Positions 50,139 to 61,184 are shown, counted from the stretch's first letter. The stretch: 64,000 bases of DNA from an uncultured bacterium (GCA_963827235.1 CAWHAE010000008.1:192001-256000), one strand, 5' to 3'. Numbers and translations: made by a program. Notes: a model not told the origin generated them from the sequence alone.

Positions 50139-50828
50139 TCAGAGCGAGCTTGCCACCGCGAGAAGATCCTTGGCCGTCAGCTTGGAGACGGTGATGTTGC
50201 TGCTGACGTCGTAACTGATGGTCACTCTAGTCCAGAGCACATGAACGATCTCGTCGCCGCGCTTGGGCTTGATGTCGACCAGCGTACCCTTGACAATGCC
50301 GACGCCCTTGGTCCCTGGATTGATGGTCACGACCTGCGGCTTGACCCCCGGATAGATCACGGTGCTCAGGCCGTTCCGCATGTTGACGTAAAAGCTGGCA
50401 TAGGCGCCTTTATCGCTCTTGAGGCTGGTGGGGACGTACTGCAGGTAGGCAGTGGCGGGCGATTGCTGGTCCTGTGCCGGGTCGACGTGAATGAGCTGCA
50501 ACGTGAAGCCCTTCGGCACATGTTTTGGCGCGAGGACATACAAAGAGGGCACGAGCGCGTTGGCCATTTGCAGGGCCTTGGTGGGAGTGAGCCCTGTGCC
50601 AAGCCTGCTGAGGCCGGATTCCAACACGACCGCTGCCGCTAAGCCTGACTTCTGGGTAGGTGCCGGTTTGGGCGTGGCGACCTTGGTCGCCACAGGCGTC
50701 GACTTGGCCGCCGGTGTGGCGGTCGCGCCAGCGGCACGCAGAGGCACGCCTGCGCCTCCCATGCCGTTGCCGACCAGCACTGCTGCGGCGAGCGACGTAC
50801 CTAGCAAAACCTTCCAAGATCTTCTCAT
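50139..50828 (-). CDS. secreted hypothetical protein (signal peptide, Ala/Thr/Pro linker, DUF4367/LolA-like C-terminus)
   Basis: MRRSWKVLLGTSLAAAVLV signal. LAPKHVPKGFTL...VLW...LTAKDLLAVASSL. Confidence 0.7.
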   Translation of the reverse strand: MRRSWKVLLGTSLAAAVLVGNGMGGAGVPLRAAGATATPAAKSTPVATKVATPKPAPTQKSGLAAAVVLESGLSRLGTGLTPTKALQMANALVPSLYVLAPKHVPKGFTLQLIHVDPAQDQQSPATAYLQYVPTSLKSDKGAYASFYVNMRNGLSTVIYPGVKPQVVTINPGTKGVGIVKGTLVDIKPKRGDEIVHVLWTRVTISYDVSSNITVSKLTAKDLLAVASSL

Positions 50829-51083
50829 CGAGCTTGCAACTCCATGTGCTCTACGCGTCGCCGGGAATGCCGACCTGCTCAGACGCTGGCAGCCCGGGAC
50901 ACGGCGCAAGGCCGGCCCCGAACAACGTGCACTCCGGCTCCAAACCGCGGCCGCACCGGTGACGATGGCCGGGCAGTCAGTCTTGGATGCGGCGGCGCCG
51001 AACCCAGCGGTCCGCCAAGCCATCCTCAACGGTGGTTACTATAGCAGAGGGCTTGATACCGCACAAACGAATCGGGGGATTAC

Positions 51084-52121
51084 TTGCGCCTTACCGAGCG
51101 ATACGTCTGCGTCCGACCGGCGTGCATTCTGGCATGGATCACTGGCGCACTCGGCGACACGCTGCTCTCATTTCCCGCATTGCAGGCGCTACGTGTTTGG
51201 GCGCCCAATGCCGAGATTGTCGCGATCGGCCGCCGCGAGTACCTGGGACTCGGGGTGGATCTCGGCATAGTCGATCGCGTTGAGGACAGCGACGGCCCAC
51301 TGGCGACCTCGCTCTTTGGCGCAGCCCGGCGCGCCAGCAGCCTCCCGTATCAGCTCGCCGTCGTATGGAGCAGCGTGTTCGCCGAGCTCGAGGCGGCTCT
51401 GCTGGAGCGCGGTGTCGACACCGTGATCGCCTCGTTTCCGCGTGGCGGGCACGGCATGCATCAATCCGACTATCTGGTGTCGTGCCTCGCGCCGCTGGCC
51501 ATCGAGCGAAGCAATCGGCTGCCTCGCTGGCGGCCGCCCTGCCGCCCTGCCGCTGGCGATGCGATCTTGCCCAGCCCACTGGCCCGCTCGGTGCTCATCC
51601 ACGCCGGCGCCGGCGCGTCGTGGAAACGATGGCCGTTGCACTCGTGCCTCGTGCTGGCAGCCAAGCTTCGCGCCGCGGGCCATTCTGTCTGCTGGAGCTG
51701 CGGTGAAGCGGACGCCGGCCTGCGCGAGCGCATCACCGCGAGCGAGCCGCCCGCCGATCTGCTGCCGGAGCTAACGGTGCGGGAGCTTGCTTCGGTCGTG
51801 TCCCGTAGCCGCCTCGTGGTGTCGGCAGACACCGGCATAGCCCATCTCGCAGCGCTCTGCGGGACACCGTCGCTCACCCTCTTCGGGCCCACTGACGCCA
51901 GGCGCTGGCAGCCGCTGGGCCCCCTTGCCGGCCTGATCGAGGCGCCGGACCTGTGCGGCGGCAGTTGGCTTTGTTCCGTGCCTCCATCCGACCGCGCGCC
52001 GGAGCCCCGCATGCGACGCTGCGCTCCGGCTAGCGCCCTGAGCTGCGCCTGCCTGGCAGCAGTGCCCCCTGAGACGGTCCTGGATCGATGTCTGGCGGTG
52101 CTCACCGCCCAGGGCACCTGA
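51084..52121 (+). CDS. glycosyltransferase family 9 (heptosyltransferase-like)
   Basis: GALGDTLLSFPALQALR, LIHAGAGASWKRWP and DTGIAHLAALCGTPSLTLFGPT...WQP. Confidence 0.88.
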   Translation: MRLTERYVCVRPACILAWITGALGDTLLSFPALQALRVWAPNAEIVAIGRREYLGLGVDLGIVDRVEDSDGPLATSLFGAARRASSLPYQLAVVWSSVFAELEAALLERGVDTVIASFPRGGHGMHQSDYLVSCLAPLAIERSNRLPRWRPPCRPAAGDAILPSPLARSVLIHAGAGASWKRWPLHSCLVLAAKLRAAGHSVCWSCGEADAGLRERITASEPPADLLPELTVRELASVVSRSRLVVSADTGIAHLAALCGTPSLTLFGPTDARRWQPLGPLAGLIEAPDLCGGSWLCSVPPSDRAPEPRMRRCAPASALSCACLAAVPPETVLDRCLAVLTAQGT

Positions 52122-52626
52122 ACGATCCGCCGCTGTCTGCCGGCGCAACTGTAAGGGCTTCGAGCGGTCCGTCCAGGTAGGCCGCAAAGGTCATGCGTAC
52201 AGCGTTTCCTGGCGACAGCAATACCCGCGCGCCGCAGTCGGACTGCGAGGCGACAGCATTTGGGATACGGACGCGGTAGCTGCTCTCGCCCACGCTCAGA
52301 TCCATCATCCCCATTGCCGGCTCGTAGTCCTCCACCCGGCCCATCAGCGCCAAGACTCGCGGCGGATCGGCTTTCACAGTGGCATGGTGTGCCGGCAGAC
52401 GCGTCGCCGTTAGGGCGGGGTGCGTCGCGGTCTGTGCCGCGGCAATGACTCCCGGCCGCCTATCGACCTGCAGCAACAGAATGCCCGCCGCGCAGGCAAA
52501 CGCCGCCAGCACGATTGCCCACGCGGTAGCCGAGGGCGTTCGCCGGCTTGACGGCGGAGCCGCCTGGGCAACGTTCGGTCTCGCCATGGCGCTCCTGGAT
52601 ACAGTTGACGAAATCACTTCCGCCAT
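52102..52626 (-). CDS. membrane-anchored hypothetical protein
   Basis: One TM (AWAIVLAAFACAAGILLL) followed by a beta-rich domain. Lies directly downstream of rarA. Confidence 0.55.
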   Translation of the reverse strand: MAEVISSTVSRSAMARPNVAQAAPPSSRRTPSATAWAIVLAAFACAAGILLLQVDRRPGVIAAAQTATHPALTATRLPAHHATVKADPPRVLALMGRVEDYEPAMGMMDLSVGESSYRVRIPNAVASQSDCGARVLLSPGNAVRMTFAAYLDGPLEALTVAPADSGGSFRCPGR

Positions 52627-52630
52627 GCCC

Positions 52631-53950
52631 TCACTGCTCGCCCCTCTGGGTCTTCAGTCGCTCTTTGATTGTGCGCTCTTTGCCGCGGTCGGACGGCTCG
52701 TAGAATCGCGTTCCCGCGATATTGTCCGGCAGACCCTGCTGCTCGACATAGGCTCCCTCGAAATCGTGCGCGTACTTGTATCCCTCGGCGAAGCCGAGCT
52801 CCCGCATGAGCCTCGTGGGGGCGTTGCGCAAGTGCATCGGCACCGGATCATTCCGCGTCCGCGCCACGGCCTCGCAGGCTGCGCCGTAGGCCGTGTACAC
52901 GCTGTTGCTCTTCGCGGTCACGGCGAGATAGATCGCAGCCTGAGCCAGCGCCAGGTCGCCTTCCGGGCGGCCGATGAAGTGCACGGCCTGCTGCGCGGCC
53001 ATGGCCACCACCAGCGCCTGCGGATCGGCCATGCCGACGTCCTCCGAGGCGAAGCGAACCATGCGGCGCGCGATGTAGAGCGGATCCTCACCCGACTGCA
53101 GCATGCGCGCGAGCCAGTACAGCGCGCCGTCCGGATCGCTCCCGCGAAGCGTCTTGTGCAAGGCCGAGATCGTGTCATAATGCTGATCGCCGCCCTTGTC
53201 GTACAGGAGTGACCGCTGCTGGACGACGTCCTGGACCAGAGTCGTATCTATCTCGGCCAGGCCGCTGGAATTCGCGAACGTGTTGGAGCACAGCTCGAGT
53301 GCGTTCAGGGCCACGCGAGCGTCGCCGTTAGCCAGGTTGACCAGCTCGGACAGGGCATCCGGAGAAATGCTCAGACCGCGTCCACCGAGGCCTCGCTCGG
53401 CATCGTCAATGGCACGGCGCACGATGGTTGCGATGTCCTGATCGGGCAGCGCGCTCAACATGTAGACGCGGCATCGGGACAGCAGGGCGGCGATCACTTC
53501 GAAGGACGGGTTCTCGGTCGTGGCGCCGATCAGCCGGATCGTGCCGTCCTCGACGAAGGGCAGTATGGCATCCTGCTGTGCCTTGTTGAAGCGATGAATC
53601 TCGTCGATAAAGAGGAGCGTGCGCTGGCCCGAGAGCTGTAGCCGGTTGCGGGCCTCGTCGACGATTCGGCGCAGGTCGGCGACGCCGGCGGACACGGCGC
53701 TGACCTGTACGAATACCTGGCCTGTCGCTCCGGCCAATGCCCGGGCCAGGGTCGTCTTGCCGCTGCCTGGAGGCCCCCAAAAGATGAGCGATCCCGGGTC
53801 GCCGCCTTCGATGGCGCGTCGCAATGGACGCCCCTGCCCTAGCAGATCGCCGTGGCCGACTATCTCTTCCAGGTTGCGCGGGCGCATGCGGGCCGCCAAC
53901 GGCGTGGCAGCCTCGCGTGCTTCGCGGCCGGACGAAAACAAGGACTCCAT
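52631..53950 (-). CDS. rarA: replication-associated recombination protein RarA/MgsA
   Basis: [58 protein letters not shown] and YKYAHD. Confidence 0.96.
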   Translation of the reverse strand: MESLFSSGREAREAATPLAARMRPRNLEEIVGHGDLLGQGRPLRRAIEGGDPGSLIFWGPPGSGKTTLARALAGATGQVFVQVSAVSAGVADLRRIVDEARNRLQLSGQRTLLFIDEIHRFNKAQQDAILPFVEDGTIRLIGATTENPSFEVIAALLSRCRVYMLSALPDQDIATIVRRAIDDAERGLGGRGLSISPDALSELVNLANGDARVALNALELCSNTFANSSGLAEIDTTLVQDVVQQRSLLYDKGGDQHYDTISALHKTLRGSDPDGALYWLARMLQSGEDPLYIARRMVRFASEDVGMADPQALVVAMAAQQAVHFIGRPEGDLALAQAAIYLAVTAKSNSVYTAYGAACEAVARTRNDPVPMHLRNAPTRLMRELGFAEGYKYAHDFEGAYVEQQGLPDNIAGTRFYEPSDRGKERTIKERLKTQRGEQ

Positions 53951-54137
53951 CCTTCGCAGAGTACCACGACTCATCCTTTACTGGGTCACCAGATGTGCGC
54001 ATGGGACGCACCGCACTCGTGGTGCACCTCGGCAGGGGCCGACGACTTGGGAATACCGCGCTCCCGGCCGGCTCGCCACGAACGGGGCATCCGTTCCCTC
54101 GTCTCCGTAACTGCCGGCCGGGACCTGAGCGAACGGT

Positions 54138-56978
54138 CTAGCCGGGTATCCCCTGGTCGGCCAGAGCGGCTCGCCCGTCCTTGCGAAGCAGCACCTGGTC
54201 GACCACGACTTTCACGTTCTTGGCAGCGGTCCACACGCTCCCGTGCGCCTCGGAGTGAAGACCCTTAGCCGAGCTCGCGGCCACGGTGACGATGGAATAG
54301 GCAGGCACCGCGTAGCTCGCCTGCAGAACCTGTCCATCCGCGCCGTAGAACGCCGCGGTGACGGTCGTGGCCGTGGCGCTCGGGTTGAAGATGTACTCGT
54401 TCTCGTTATAGAGCGAGGTATCGCCGCTAGCGAACGTCCATTGGCTGGCCGCGACCTGTCGCCCTTCTATGCTGGCACCCATGTGGCTACCCACGTTAGG
54501 CGAGCCGCCATAATACTGAGCCTCTTCGGCTACCACTGCAACGTCGCTGTGCAGGCGCACAGCTATCGGACTCATTATCGAGCTGGCCAGCAACGCGTCC
54601 ATCTGATAGGTGCCACGCTGGCCTGCGCCGACGGTGAGGCTCAGCGTACCGGTCAGGGCGCCTGTCGACGTGAACACCGTTGCCGTCAGGTGCGCGATCT
54701 GCGAGCCCGGGTTGACGACGCTGATGAATGACTGATCGCCGGAGACGATGGAGCCATATCCGAAGTACCAATCGGTGCCCGGACTGGAGATGCCCGGCTT
54801 CACCCCAGCGCCGAACTTGGCCGACCCCACGCCGTCCCCCCAATACTCCACGCGCTCGGCGACCACAGGCTGATCAGCTACAACGCTGGTGCTGAACGAC
54901 TGCCCCGGCAATACGCCGCGAAGGTTCAGCGTGTAGCGGCCAAAGGGAACGATTGTCGTCGGTACGGCCACCGGCGACCCAGTCAGCGGGTACAGAGTGA
55001 CCGTCATCGAGACGGGCTGCGAGAAGGGATTGAGCACGGTCAGGTAGGGCTGGAAAGTGACGCCACTGTAGCCCTCGGCAAAGTACCACGTGGACTGGGG
55101 CGACTGCTGGCCCGGACTGACGTCGGAATCCAGCGTCTTCTGCTGGGCGTTGGTGCGCGTGATCGTGCGCTCAGCGTAGATGGGCACCGTCGCCTTGACG
55201 ACTGCGCTTACGATCTTGTTGGAGCCGATGTCGCTGTTCACGTCCTCGGTGAGGACACTGTGGGGGCCGACCGATACCGGTACTGAGCGTGTGCTGCCGT
55301 CGGGAAGCTGGTAGGTAATCGTGCCCGTCGCGGCCGAGTCTTGTACGTTCAGCAGCGTGAGTGTCTCGTGGAAGAACACGTTAGGGCCCTGGCCTGTGAA
55401 GCCCTCGGCAAAGTACCACTGGTTGCTGGGGCGCAGGGCGACGTTGACGGAGACGGCCCGCACGACGTTCGACCGCATACCGTGAGCCTGCAGCGTGTAG
55501 GTGCCGGGCGCTATGCCGAGCGGCAGCACGATCGTGGAGGTGAAGGCGCCCGTGGCATCCGTCACCGGGGAAGGACCCTGGACGCTGAGCACAGTACCGC
55601 TAATAGAGAACGTGATCTGCTCGCTGCCGCCAAAGCCCTGACCCGATGCCGTGAGGAAGGTGCCCGGCGCCGCGTCGGTCGGGCTTACTGCGAACGCCGG
55701 CGGAATCTGCGCGCCCAGAACGTAGGTCGTGGTGGCGCTGTCGCCGCCGGTGCCACTGATGGACAGGGTGTACGGCGTGCCTGCCTGCAGCGTGGAGAGT
55801 AACGTCACGGTAGCGGTGAACGTACCGGTCGAATCCGGTACGCCGATCGTGCCCACCGGGGGCTTGAACAGTCGCGTGGTGACGAACAGGTTCTCACGCG
55901 GCACAAAGCCGGTGCCCACGATGGTCACCTGCGACCCCGGCACGGCGTGCTGGGGCATAATGGTCAGCGTGGCGTTTGCCGCGAACGTGATCGTTCCGAT
56001 TGCCGTGGCGCCACTCGTGACTCCGTGGGCGGTAATCGTGCCTCCTCGCGTGGGATCGGCTTGGTGTGGGATGCTCACCGCCGCGGTGGCAGTGCCCGAG
56101 CTGTCGGCGTCCGCGGGTACGTTGATCAGGGCATAGGAGCCGAGGCCCGTATCGTAGTATTTCAGAGCGAAGGTCACGGGCTCGTTCGCCTGGAAACCGT
56201 TGGCCTCGGCGGTGACCGTCGTGCCCACCGGAGCGGGATTCGGTGCGATACCGACCGTACCCGGCGACGCAAGCACATCGAGCGTGGTGGAGGCGGAGTC
56301 GGTTACTCCGGCCCCGATTGCACTGCCCTTGACGACCAGCAGCTGCCTGCCGGGCTGCGAAGCCAGCGGTAGTGCTATGGACAGCGCCAGCTTGCCGTCC
56401 GCGTCGGCAATGGAGCTGGTGACGGAACCGTCGGGAAGCGACCGGCCACCCAGGGTCACCTGTACGACGTCCGTGGGAGCGAATCCTGAGCAGTGAACCG
56501 TCATCGTGCGGCCGGCGGTCCCTACGAGCGTTCCGCCGCTGCCGACGTTCGGATGCAGGGCAGTGCCCGTGATGAGCTGGGTGGCACCCAGGCCCGACTT
56601 GCCGATCTCCGTGGCGACGACCTGATCGACGCCCTGCGCATCCACACTGAACGGCAGAGTGACTGCCGCCCCGACCGGCCCTCCCACGTTGCCGCTCGCA
56701 TCGGTTGTCAGGTTGGCGACCAAGACGGTGCCGGCGGTCGTCGTCACCGATACTCCGACCGTCACCTGGTTTGCGGCCGTGCTGGGATCAAATCCGGCAC
56801 CTCGCACCTGGATGACGCCGTGCGGCAGGACGGCCGTGGGAGTGACGGCAAGCGTGGGTGCCGTAACGCGCGCGCGGGAGGCAGAGGCCGGTACCGGAGC
56901 GCATATCGCAGCGAGCAGCACACTGGCGGTGATAGCGATGGATATCGTGGTGTTCACACAGCGGCGTCTTCTATTCAC
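54138..56978 (-). CDS. secreted/surface protein with Ig-like repeats and C-terminal WYFAEG-repeat region (DUF5719-like); paralog of 11490..15419
   Basis: Signal peptide, V.P....PG..VT..G.GF repeats, and WYFAEGFT, WYFAEGYS, WYFGYGS and WTFASGDT. Confidence 0.85.
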   Translation of the reverse strand: MNRRRRCVNTTISIAITASVLLAAICAPVPASASRARVTAPTLAVTPTAVLPHGVIQVRGAGFDPSTAANQVTVGVSVTTTAGTVLVANLTTDASGNVGGPVGAAVTLPFSVDAQGVDQVVATEIGKSGLGATQLITGTALHPNVGSGGTLVGTAGRTMTVHCSGFAPTDVVQVTLGGRSLPDGSVTSSIADADGKLALSIALPLASQPGRQLLVVKGSAIGAGVTDSASTTLDVLASPGTVGIAPNPAPVGTTVTAEANGFQANEPVTFALKYYDTGLGSYALINVPADADSSGTATAAVSIPHQADPTRGGTITAHGVTSGATAIGTITFAANATLTIMPQHAVPGSQVTIVGTGFVPRENLFVTTRLFKPPVGTIGVPDSTGTFTATVTLLSTLQAGTPYTLSISGTGGDSATTTYVLGAQIPPAFAVSPTDAAPGTFLTASGQGFGGSEQITFSISGTVLSVQGPSPVTDATGAFTSTIVLPLGIAPGTYTLQAHGMRSNVVRAVSVNVALRPSNQWYFAEGFTGQGPNVFFHETLTLLNVQDSAATGTITYQLPDGSTRSVPVSVGPHSVLTEDVNSDIGSNKIVSAVVKATVPIYAERTITRTNAQQKTLDSDVSPGQQSPQSTWYFAEGYSGVTFQPYLTVLNPFSQPVSMTVTLYPLTGSPVAVPTTIVPFGRYTLNLRGVLPGQSFSTSVVADQPVVAERVEYWGDGVGSAKFGAGVKPGISSPGTDWYFGYGSIVSGDQSFISVVNPGSQIAHLTATVFTSTGALTGTLSLTVGAGQRGTYQMDALLASSIMSPIAVRLHSDVAVVAEEAQYYGGSPNVGSHMGASIEGRQVAASQWTFASGDTSLYNENEYIFNPSATATTVTAAFYGADGQVLQASYAVPAYSIVTVAASSAKGLHSEAHGSVWTAAKNVKVVVDQVLLRKDGRAALADQGIPG

Positions 56979-57147
56979 GTTCTTTCCCTACACTAATGGA
57001 GTTGCACCCTGGTGAGTCGCAGTGAGGGTCACGCCTCTGGGTGTACCCGACCCGCTGGTACCATGGCAACGTACGCGCCGCGGCGGAAGTCCAGCCTGCT
57101 GTGCGGTTCGCGGGAGTAGCCGGCCTCCGCCCTGCTAGGAGTGTAAT

Positions 57148-58566
57148 ATGGCAGCAGCCTCGGGTGTTGAGTACCTTCGGACATTCCCCGATTTTGAGCA
57201 AGGAAATGTGAGCGCCAGCGAGGCGCTTGGGCTCACGCGAGTTCTTGCGCTCCTGGAGGAGCTGGGCTCGCCCCACCTCAGGCTGCCGGTGGCTCACGTC
57301 GCCGGAACGAAAGGAAAGGGATCCACCTCGGCTTCGCTTGCCTCGATAGCAGCCGCCGCCGGCTACCGCACGGGTCTGTTCACGCAACCTCACCTTCTGC
57401 GCATCAACGAGCGTTTCAGCGTGAACGGCAAACTGCTTGACGATGTCACCTTGTCGGAAATAGCGCTCGGGCAAATACAACCGGCGGTCGACCGGCTTGC
57501 TCTCCGCGGTATCACCGGTATCCAACAATTCGAGGCTCAGGTGGCCCTGGCAATGCTCTGGTTCGAAGCTCTGCACGTTGACCTGGTCGTGCTCGAGGTT
57601 GGCCTGGGCGGCAGGCTGGATGCCACGAACGTCGTGCCGCGACCGCTGGTGACTATCCTGACCAGCATCGGATTCGATCACACGGCTATTCTCGGTTCCA
57701 CTCTGCCGCTGATCGCTGCCGAAAAGGCCGCAATCGTCAAGCCGCGCGTTCCAGCCGTGGCTTCGCCGCAGTCTGACGAGGTCGTGAGCGTGTTTGAGGA
57801 CCGGTGCAGACTGATGGAGGCGCCACTGCTGCTTGGAGACCGCGACTGGCGGCTGCCCTCGGTGTCGACCGGATTGACCGGCACCGACTTTGACCTCGAG
57901 ATCGGCGGTGCCGATGCTCAACACTCGAAGCGATTCGCCGCCCTACTAGGCGACGCCGGTCACTCACCTGTTGCGCGAAGATGGCGATTGTCTGGGCTGC
58001 GAACGCCGCTGCGAGGAGTTTACCAGGCCTGGAACGCGGCGGCCGCGACCGTGGCAGCGCTTGTGATCGCGACCCGGCTAACCCGCATCGACGAGCAGGC
58101 AATCAGGATCGGACTGGCGGCCACCGCCTGGCCCGGCCGGCTACAGACGATATCGGCTGAGCCAACTGTAGTCGTCGACGGAGCGCATACGCCCGAATCG
58201 GCGACGGTGCTCGCCGCCGCCATTACAGAGCTGTATCCCGGCAGGCGAATCGCTCTCGTATGCGGCATCCAGGCGGACAAGGATATTCCGGGCATCGCCG
58301 CGCCGCTGGCGCGGCTGGCCGCCGTGGTCGTGGCGACCGCCGCGCATCATCGGCGGGCTGCCGACCCGACCGTGATAGCACGCGCTTTCCGGGATGCCGG
58401 ACATCGCGAAGTGTCCGAGGAGACCGAGCCGATGGGCGCTCTTGCTTGGGCCAAAGAAGCGACCGGCATTGCGGGTGTGGTGCTGGTGACCGGATCGCTC
58501 TATCTGGTGGGAGAGATCCTGGCCGGAACCGCCACGGATCCCTGGGCGGCGATCAGCGAGACATGA
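57148..58566 (+). CDS. folC: folylpolyglutamate synthase/dihydrofolate synthase
   Basis: HVAGTKGKGST, EVGLGGRLDATNV, WPGRLQ, VDGAHT and TGSLYLVG. Confidence 0.94.
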   Translation: MAAASGVEYLRTFPDFEQGNVSASEALGLTRVLALLEELGSPHLRLPVAHVAGTKGKGSTSASLASIAAAAGYRTGLFTQPHLLRINERFSVNGKLLDDVTLSEIALGQIQPAVDRLALRGITGIQQFEAQVALAMLWFEALHVDLVVLEVGLGGRLDATNVVPRPLVTILTSIGFDHTAILGSTLPLIAAEKAAIVKPRVPAVASPQSDEVVSVFEDRCRLMEAPLLLGDRDWRLPSVSTGLTGTDFDLEIGGADAQHSKRFAALLGDAGHSPVARRWRLSGLRTPLRGVYQAWNAAAATVAALVIATRLTRIDEQAIRIGLAATAWPGRLQTISAEPTVVVDGAHTPESATVLAAAITELYPGRRIALVCGIQADKDIPGIAAPLARLAAVVVATAAHHRRAADPTVIARAFRDAGHREVSEETEPMGALAWAKEATGIAGVVLVTGSLYLVGEILAGTATDPWAAISET

Positions 58567-59501
58567 GCGACACTCCGCTTCTCGTAATCTGCGGCCCAAC
58601 TGCTAGCGGCAAGACCGCCTTGGCTATCGAGCTTGCTCTTGCGTTCGGCGGCGAGATCGTCAATGCCGATTCCCGTCAGGTCTACCGTGGCATGGATATC
58701 GGCACGGCGAAGCCTTCGCCTTCCGATCGAGCCTGCGTACCTCATCACTTGCTTGACGTTGTCAATCCGGACGAGCAGTTCTCGCTAGCTCTCTACGCGA
58801 CACAGGCTCGCGCCGCCGTCGCGTCCATCCATGCGCGAGGGAAATTGCCGGTACTCGCGGGTGGTACCGGGCTCTATGTGCGCGCGATCAGCCAGGGCTT
58901 CGATATTCCGGAGGTGGCGCCAAATCTGGAGTTGCGCTCGCGTCTGGAAGCCGAAGTCGCGGTCCACGGTGCGTTGGTCCTGGCAGAGCGTTTAGCGGCC
59001 GTGGATCCGGTGAGCGCGAAGCGAATCGATCCCAAGAACGTCCGGCGGGTCATTCGAGCGTTGGAGGTCTCGGAGGCGCTAGGAGAGCCCTTCTCCGCCC
59101 TTCAGCGTCATGCCTCCCCCTATGAAGTGCTCACGCTCATGCTCTGCGGAGAGCGCCCGTTGCTCTTCTCGCGGGCCGATGCACGGCTCGCCGTGATGGT
59201 GCGCGACGGTTTCGTTGCCGAAGTGGCAGGGCTGCTCGATGCCGGCTATGATCCGGAGCTGCCATCCATGTCGGCGCTTGGCTATCGCGAGCTGGCCCGG
59301 CACGTGCAAGGCCACTGCACGCTGGACGAGGCCCTGGAAACCACTCGGCACAACACGTACGCCTTCATCAAGCGCCAACTCACGTGGTTTCGGACCGATA
59401 CGGGCGCTCGTCGACTGGACGCTTCGGCGCAGGACGCGGACGCTACCGCTCGAGCCATCACTGCCGTGTGGCTGACTTCCACGATCGGTAGGCAACTCTG
59501 A
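58563..59501 (+). CDS. miaA: tRNA dimethylallyltransferase
   Basis: GPTASGKT, NADSRQVYRGMDIGTAKP, GGTGLY, RRVIRALE and KRQLTWF. ATGA overlap with folC. Confidence 0.96.
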   Translation: MSDTPLLVICGPTASGKTALAIELALAFGGEIVNADSRQVYRGMDIGTAKPSPSDRACVPHHLLDVVNPDEQFSLALYATQARAAVASIHARGKLPVLAGGTGLYVRAISQGFDIPEVAPNLELRSRLEAEVAVHGALVLAERLAAVDPVSAKRIDPKNVRRVIRALEVSEALGEPFSALQRHASPYEVLTLMLCGERPLLFSRADARLAVMVRDGFVAEVAGLLDAGYDPELPSMSALGYRELARHVQGHCTLDEALETTRHNTYAFIKRQLTWFRTDTGARRLDASAQDADATARAITAVWLTSTIGRQL

Positions 59502-61111
59502 TGGCCCTGTCTAACTCCAAGCGTGCGAAGGTCTGTCCGGCTCTGCCGGCGGCGGTGGCCTTCGCACTACTCTGCCTGTATCTACTCACCTTTGCGGGAA
59601 GTGTCTCGCCGCAGTCCAGCGATGGCCGGGCCATGTACCTCGTGACAAGAGCCTTGGTCGACCGGCGTGAGATCGACATTCAGCCTGCACTGCCCAGTTT
59701 GGTCGCCGTGGCGCCTGGTTGGCGCACGATACCGATACCAGAGTCGGCTTGCCCAACAGAGCCGGCGGTAATTGGTATTGGTGAGCAGGCCGGAGGGCCC
59801 TTCTACAGCAAGTACGGCATCGGCCAGTCGCTTGCCGCGGCACCTCTTTACTTCGCCGGGCTGCAAATTGCTCGCCTGGTGCCGCCGGCGGTTCACGACG
59901 AAACCGCGGCGCTCGTTACCAGCGCCTACACGTCGCTCGTGACCGCGGCCACAGCCGCGCTGATCTGTGCCCTGGCCTTGCGGCTGGGCTGGTCGCGCCG
60001 CGTGTCCCTGGGTCTGTCCGCACTCTTCGGCGTGGCCACGCCTGCTTGGGCGTACACGACCAGCTTTTTCAGTGAGCCGACACTCGGTCTGTGCCTGCTG
60101 GGCGCTCTTGCAGCGGTGCTCTGGGAGCCCGAGCCAGATACTCCTGCCGCCGTGCTAGTGGCCGGTTGCTGCCTTGGTATGGCCCTACTCACGCACGCGG
60201 CCGACAGCGTCTTCTACGTTCCTCTCGTCTTGCTGTACCTGGCCGCGAGAAGTCGTCCGGATCGGAGGGCCTTCTCGATAATCGTGCTGCTCGTGCCGGT
60301 GGTGGTCGCAGTAGCGATCACGGGTTGGTACGACGCCGCGCGGTTCGGCTCGCCTTCCACGAGCGGCTACGGCATCGTGGGCGACGTCCACGATCTGCAC
60401 CCGCCTCACTCGCTAAAGGCTCTCTGGGAGGGCATCTACGGCCCGCTGTTGAGCCCGGGAAAGGGGCTGTTCTGGTACGCGCCGGTCCTTCTGCTCCTGC
60501 CATGGGCCATTCCACGCTTCGGCAGGCAGGTTAGTGGTCCGGCCGCCTGGCTGGTGACCGGCTTGCTTGCCGTCGCCGTGCTGACCCATGCCAACACGCT
60601 CATCGTATGGCTGGGAGGTTGGGCGTGGGGGCCCCGGTTCGTCGTTCCTGCTATACCGGTGCTTGTAGTGCCACTGGGCTCACTGCTCGACGGCGTTGGG
60701 CGAGGGGCGCGTCGCATGGCGTGGCTGCTCGGCGGCCTGGGCGCCCTGATCCAGGTGCCGGCCGTGCTTTTGGACAAGAACGCCTACATCGCGTACGTGG
60801 CAAAGGGTCGGTGTATCTGGGACGCCGAGGACCTCTACAAGTGGCACCCGGCCTATTCGCCGCTGATCGGCCAGTGGGGTCGACTCTTCGATGCGGCGAC
60901 TTACTCGACGCGCAGCTCACCTGGCCGCGGACCCAATGCCTTCGATATTGCCAACGGCATCTTCGTGCCGTCACCGCATCCATGGTGGTCCCTGCTGGCC
61001 AACCAGGGCGCCAGCCCGCTGGCGCTCGCTCTGCCGGCGGCCGGCCTGACCGTGGCCGCCATCATCGCCTTTGTTGCCTCGTTGCGTATAGCGGGAGCCC
61101 CAGACGAGTAA
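59501..61111 (+). CDS. multi-TM GT-C-like membrane protein (putative glycosyltransferase)
   Basis: SSDG...YSKYGIGQS, YTTSFFSEP, ARFGSP...GY, LSPGKGLFWYAP and WLGGWAWGPRF. Confidence 0.75.
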   Translation: MALSNSKRAKVCPALPAAVAFALLCLYLLTFAGSVSPQSSDGRAMYLVTRALVDRREIDIQPALPSLVAVAPGWRTIPIPESACPTEPAVIGIGEQAGGPFYSKYGIGQSLAAAPLYFAGLQIARLVPPAVHDETAALVTSAYTSLVTAATAALICALALRLGWSRRVSLGLSALFGVATPAWAYTTSFFSEPTLGLCLLGALAAVLWEPEPDTPAAVLVAGCCLGMALLTHAADSVFYVPLVLLYLAARSRPDRRAFSIIVLLVPVVVAVAITGWYDAARFGSPSTSGYGIVGDVHDLHPPHSLKALWEGIYGPLLSPGKGLFWYAPVLLLLPWAIPRFGRQVSGPAAWLVTGLLAVAVLTHANTLIVWLGGWAWGPRFVVPAIPVLVVPLGSLLDGVGRGARRMAWLLGGLGALIQVPAVLLDKNAYIAYVAKGRCIWDAEDLYKWHPAYSPLIGQWGRLFDAATYSTRSSPGRGPNAFDIANGIFVPSPHPWWSLLANQGASPLALALPAAGLTVAAIIAFVASLRIAGAPDE

Positions 61112-61184
61112 GAGAAAGCCAGGCTGACCTGTCCCCGGTTCTCGCAACGGGCACCACGCGGCGCGGGCGCGGCATGAGCCCGGC

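Noticed and set aside
46773-51000. Integrative element at tRNA-Asn
   Set aside because: No integrase, no duplicated tRNA 3' end seen, and no obvious compositional shift.
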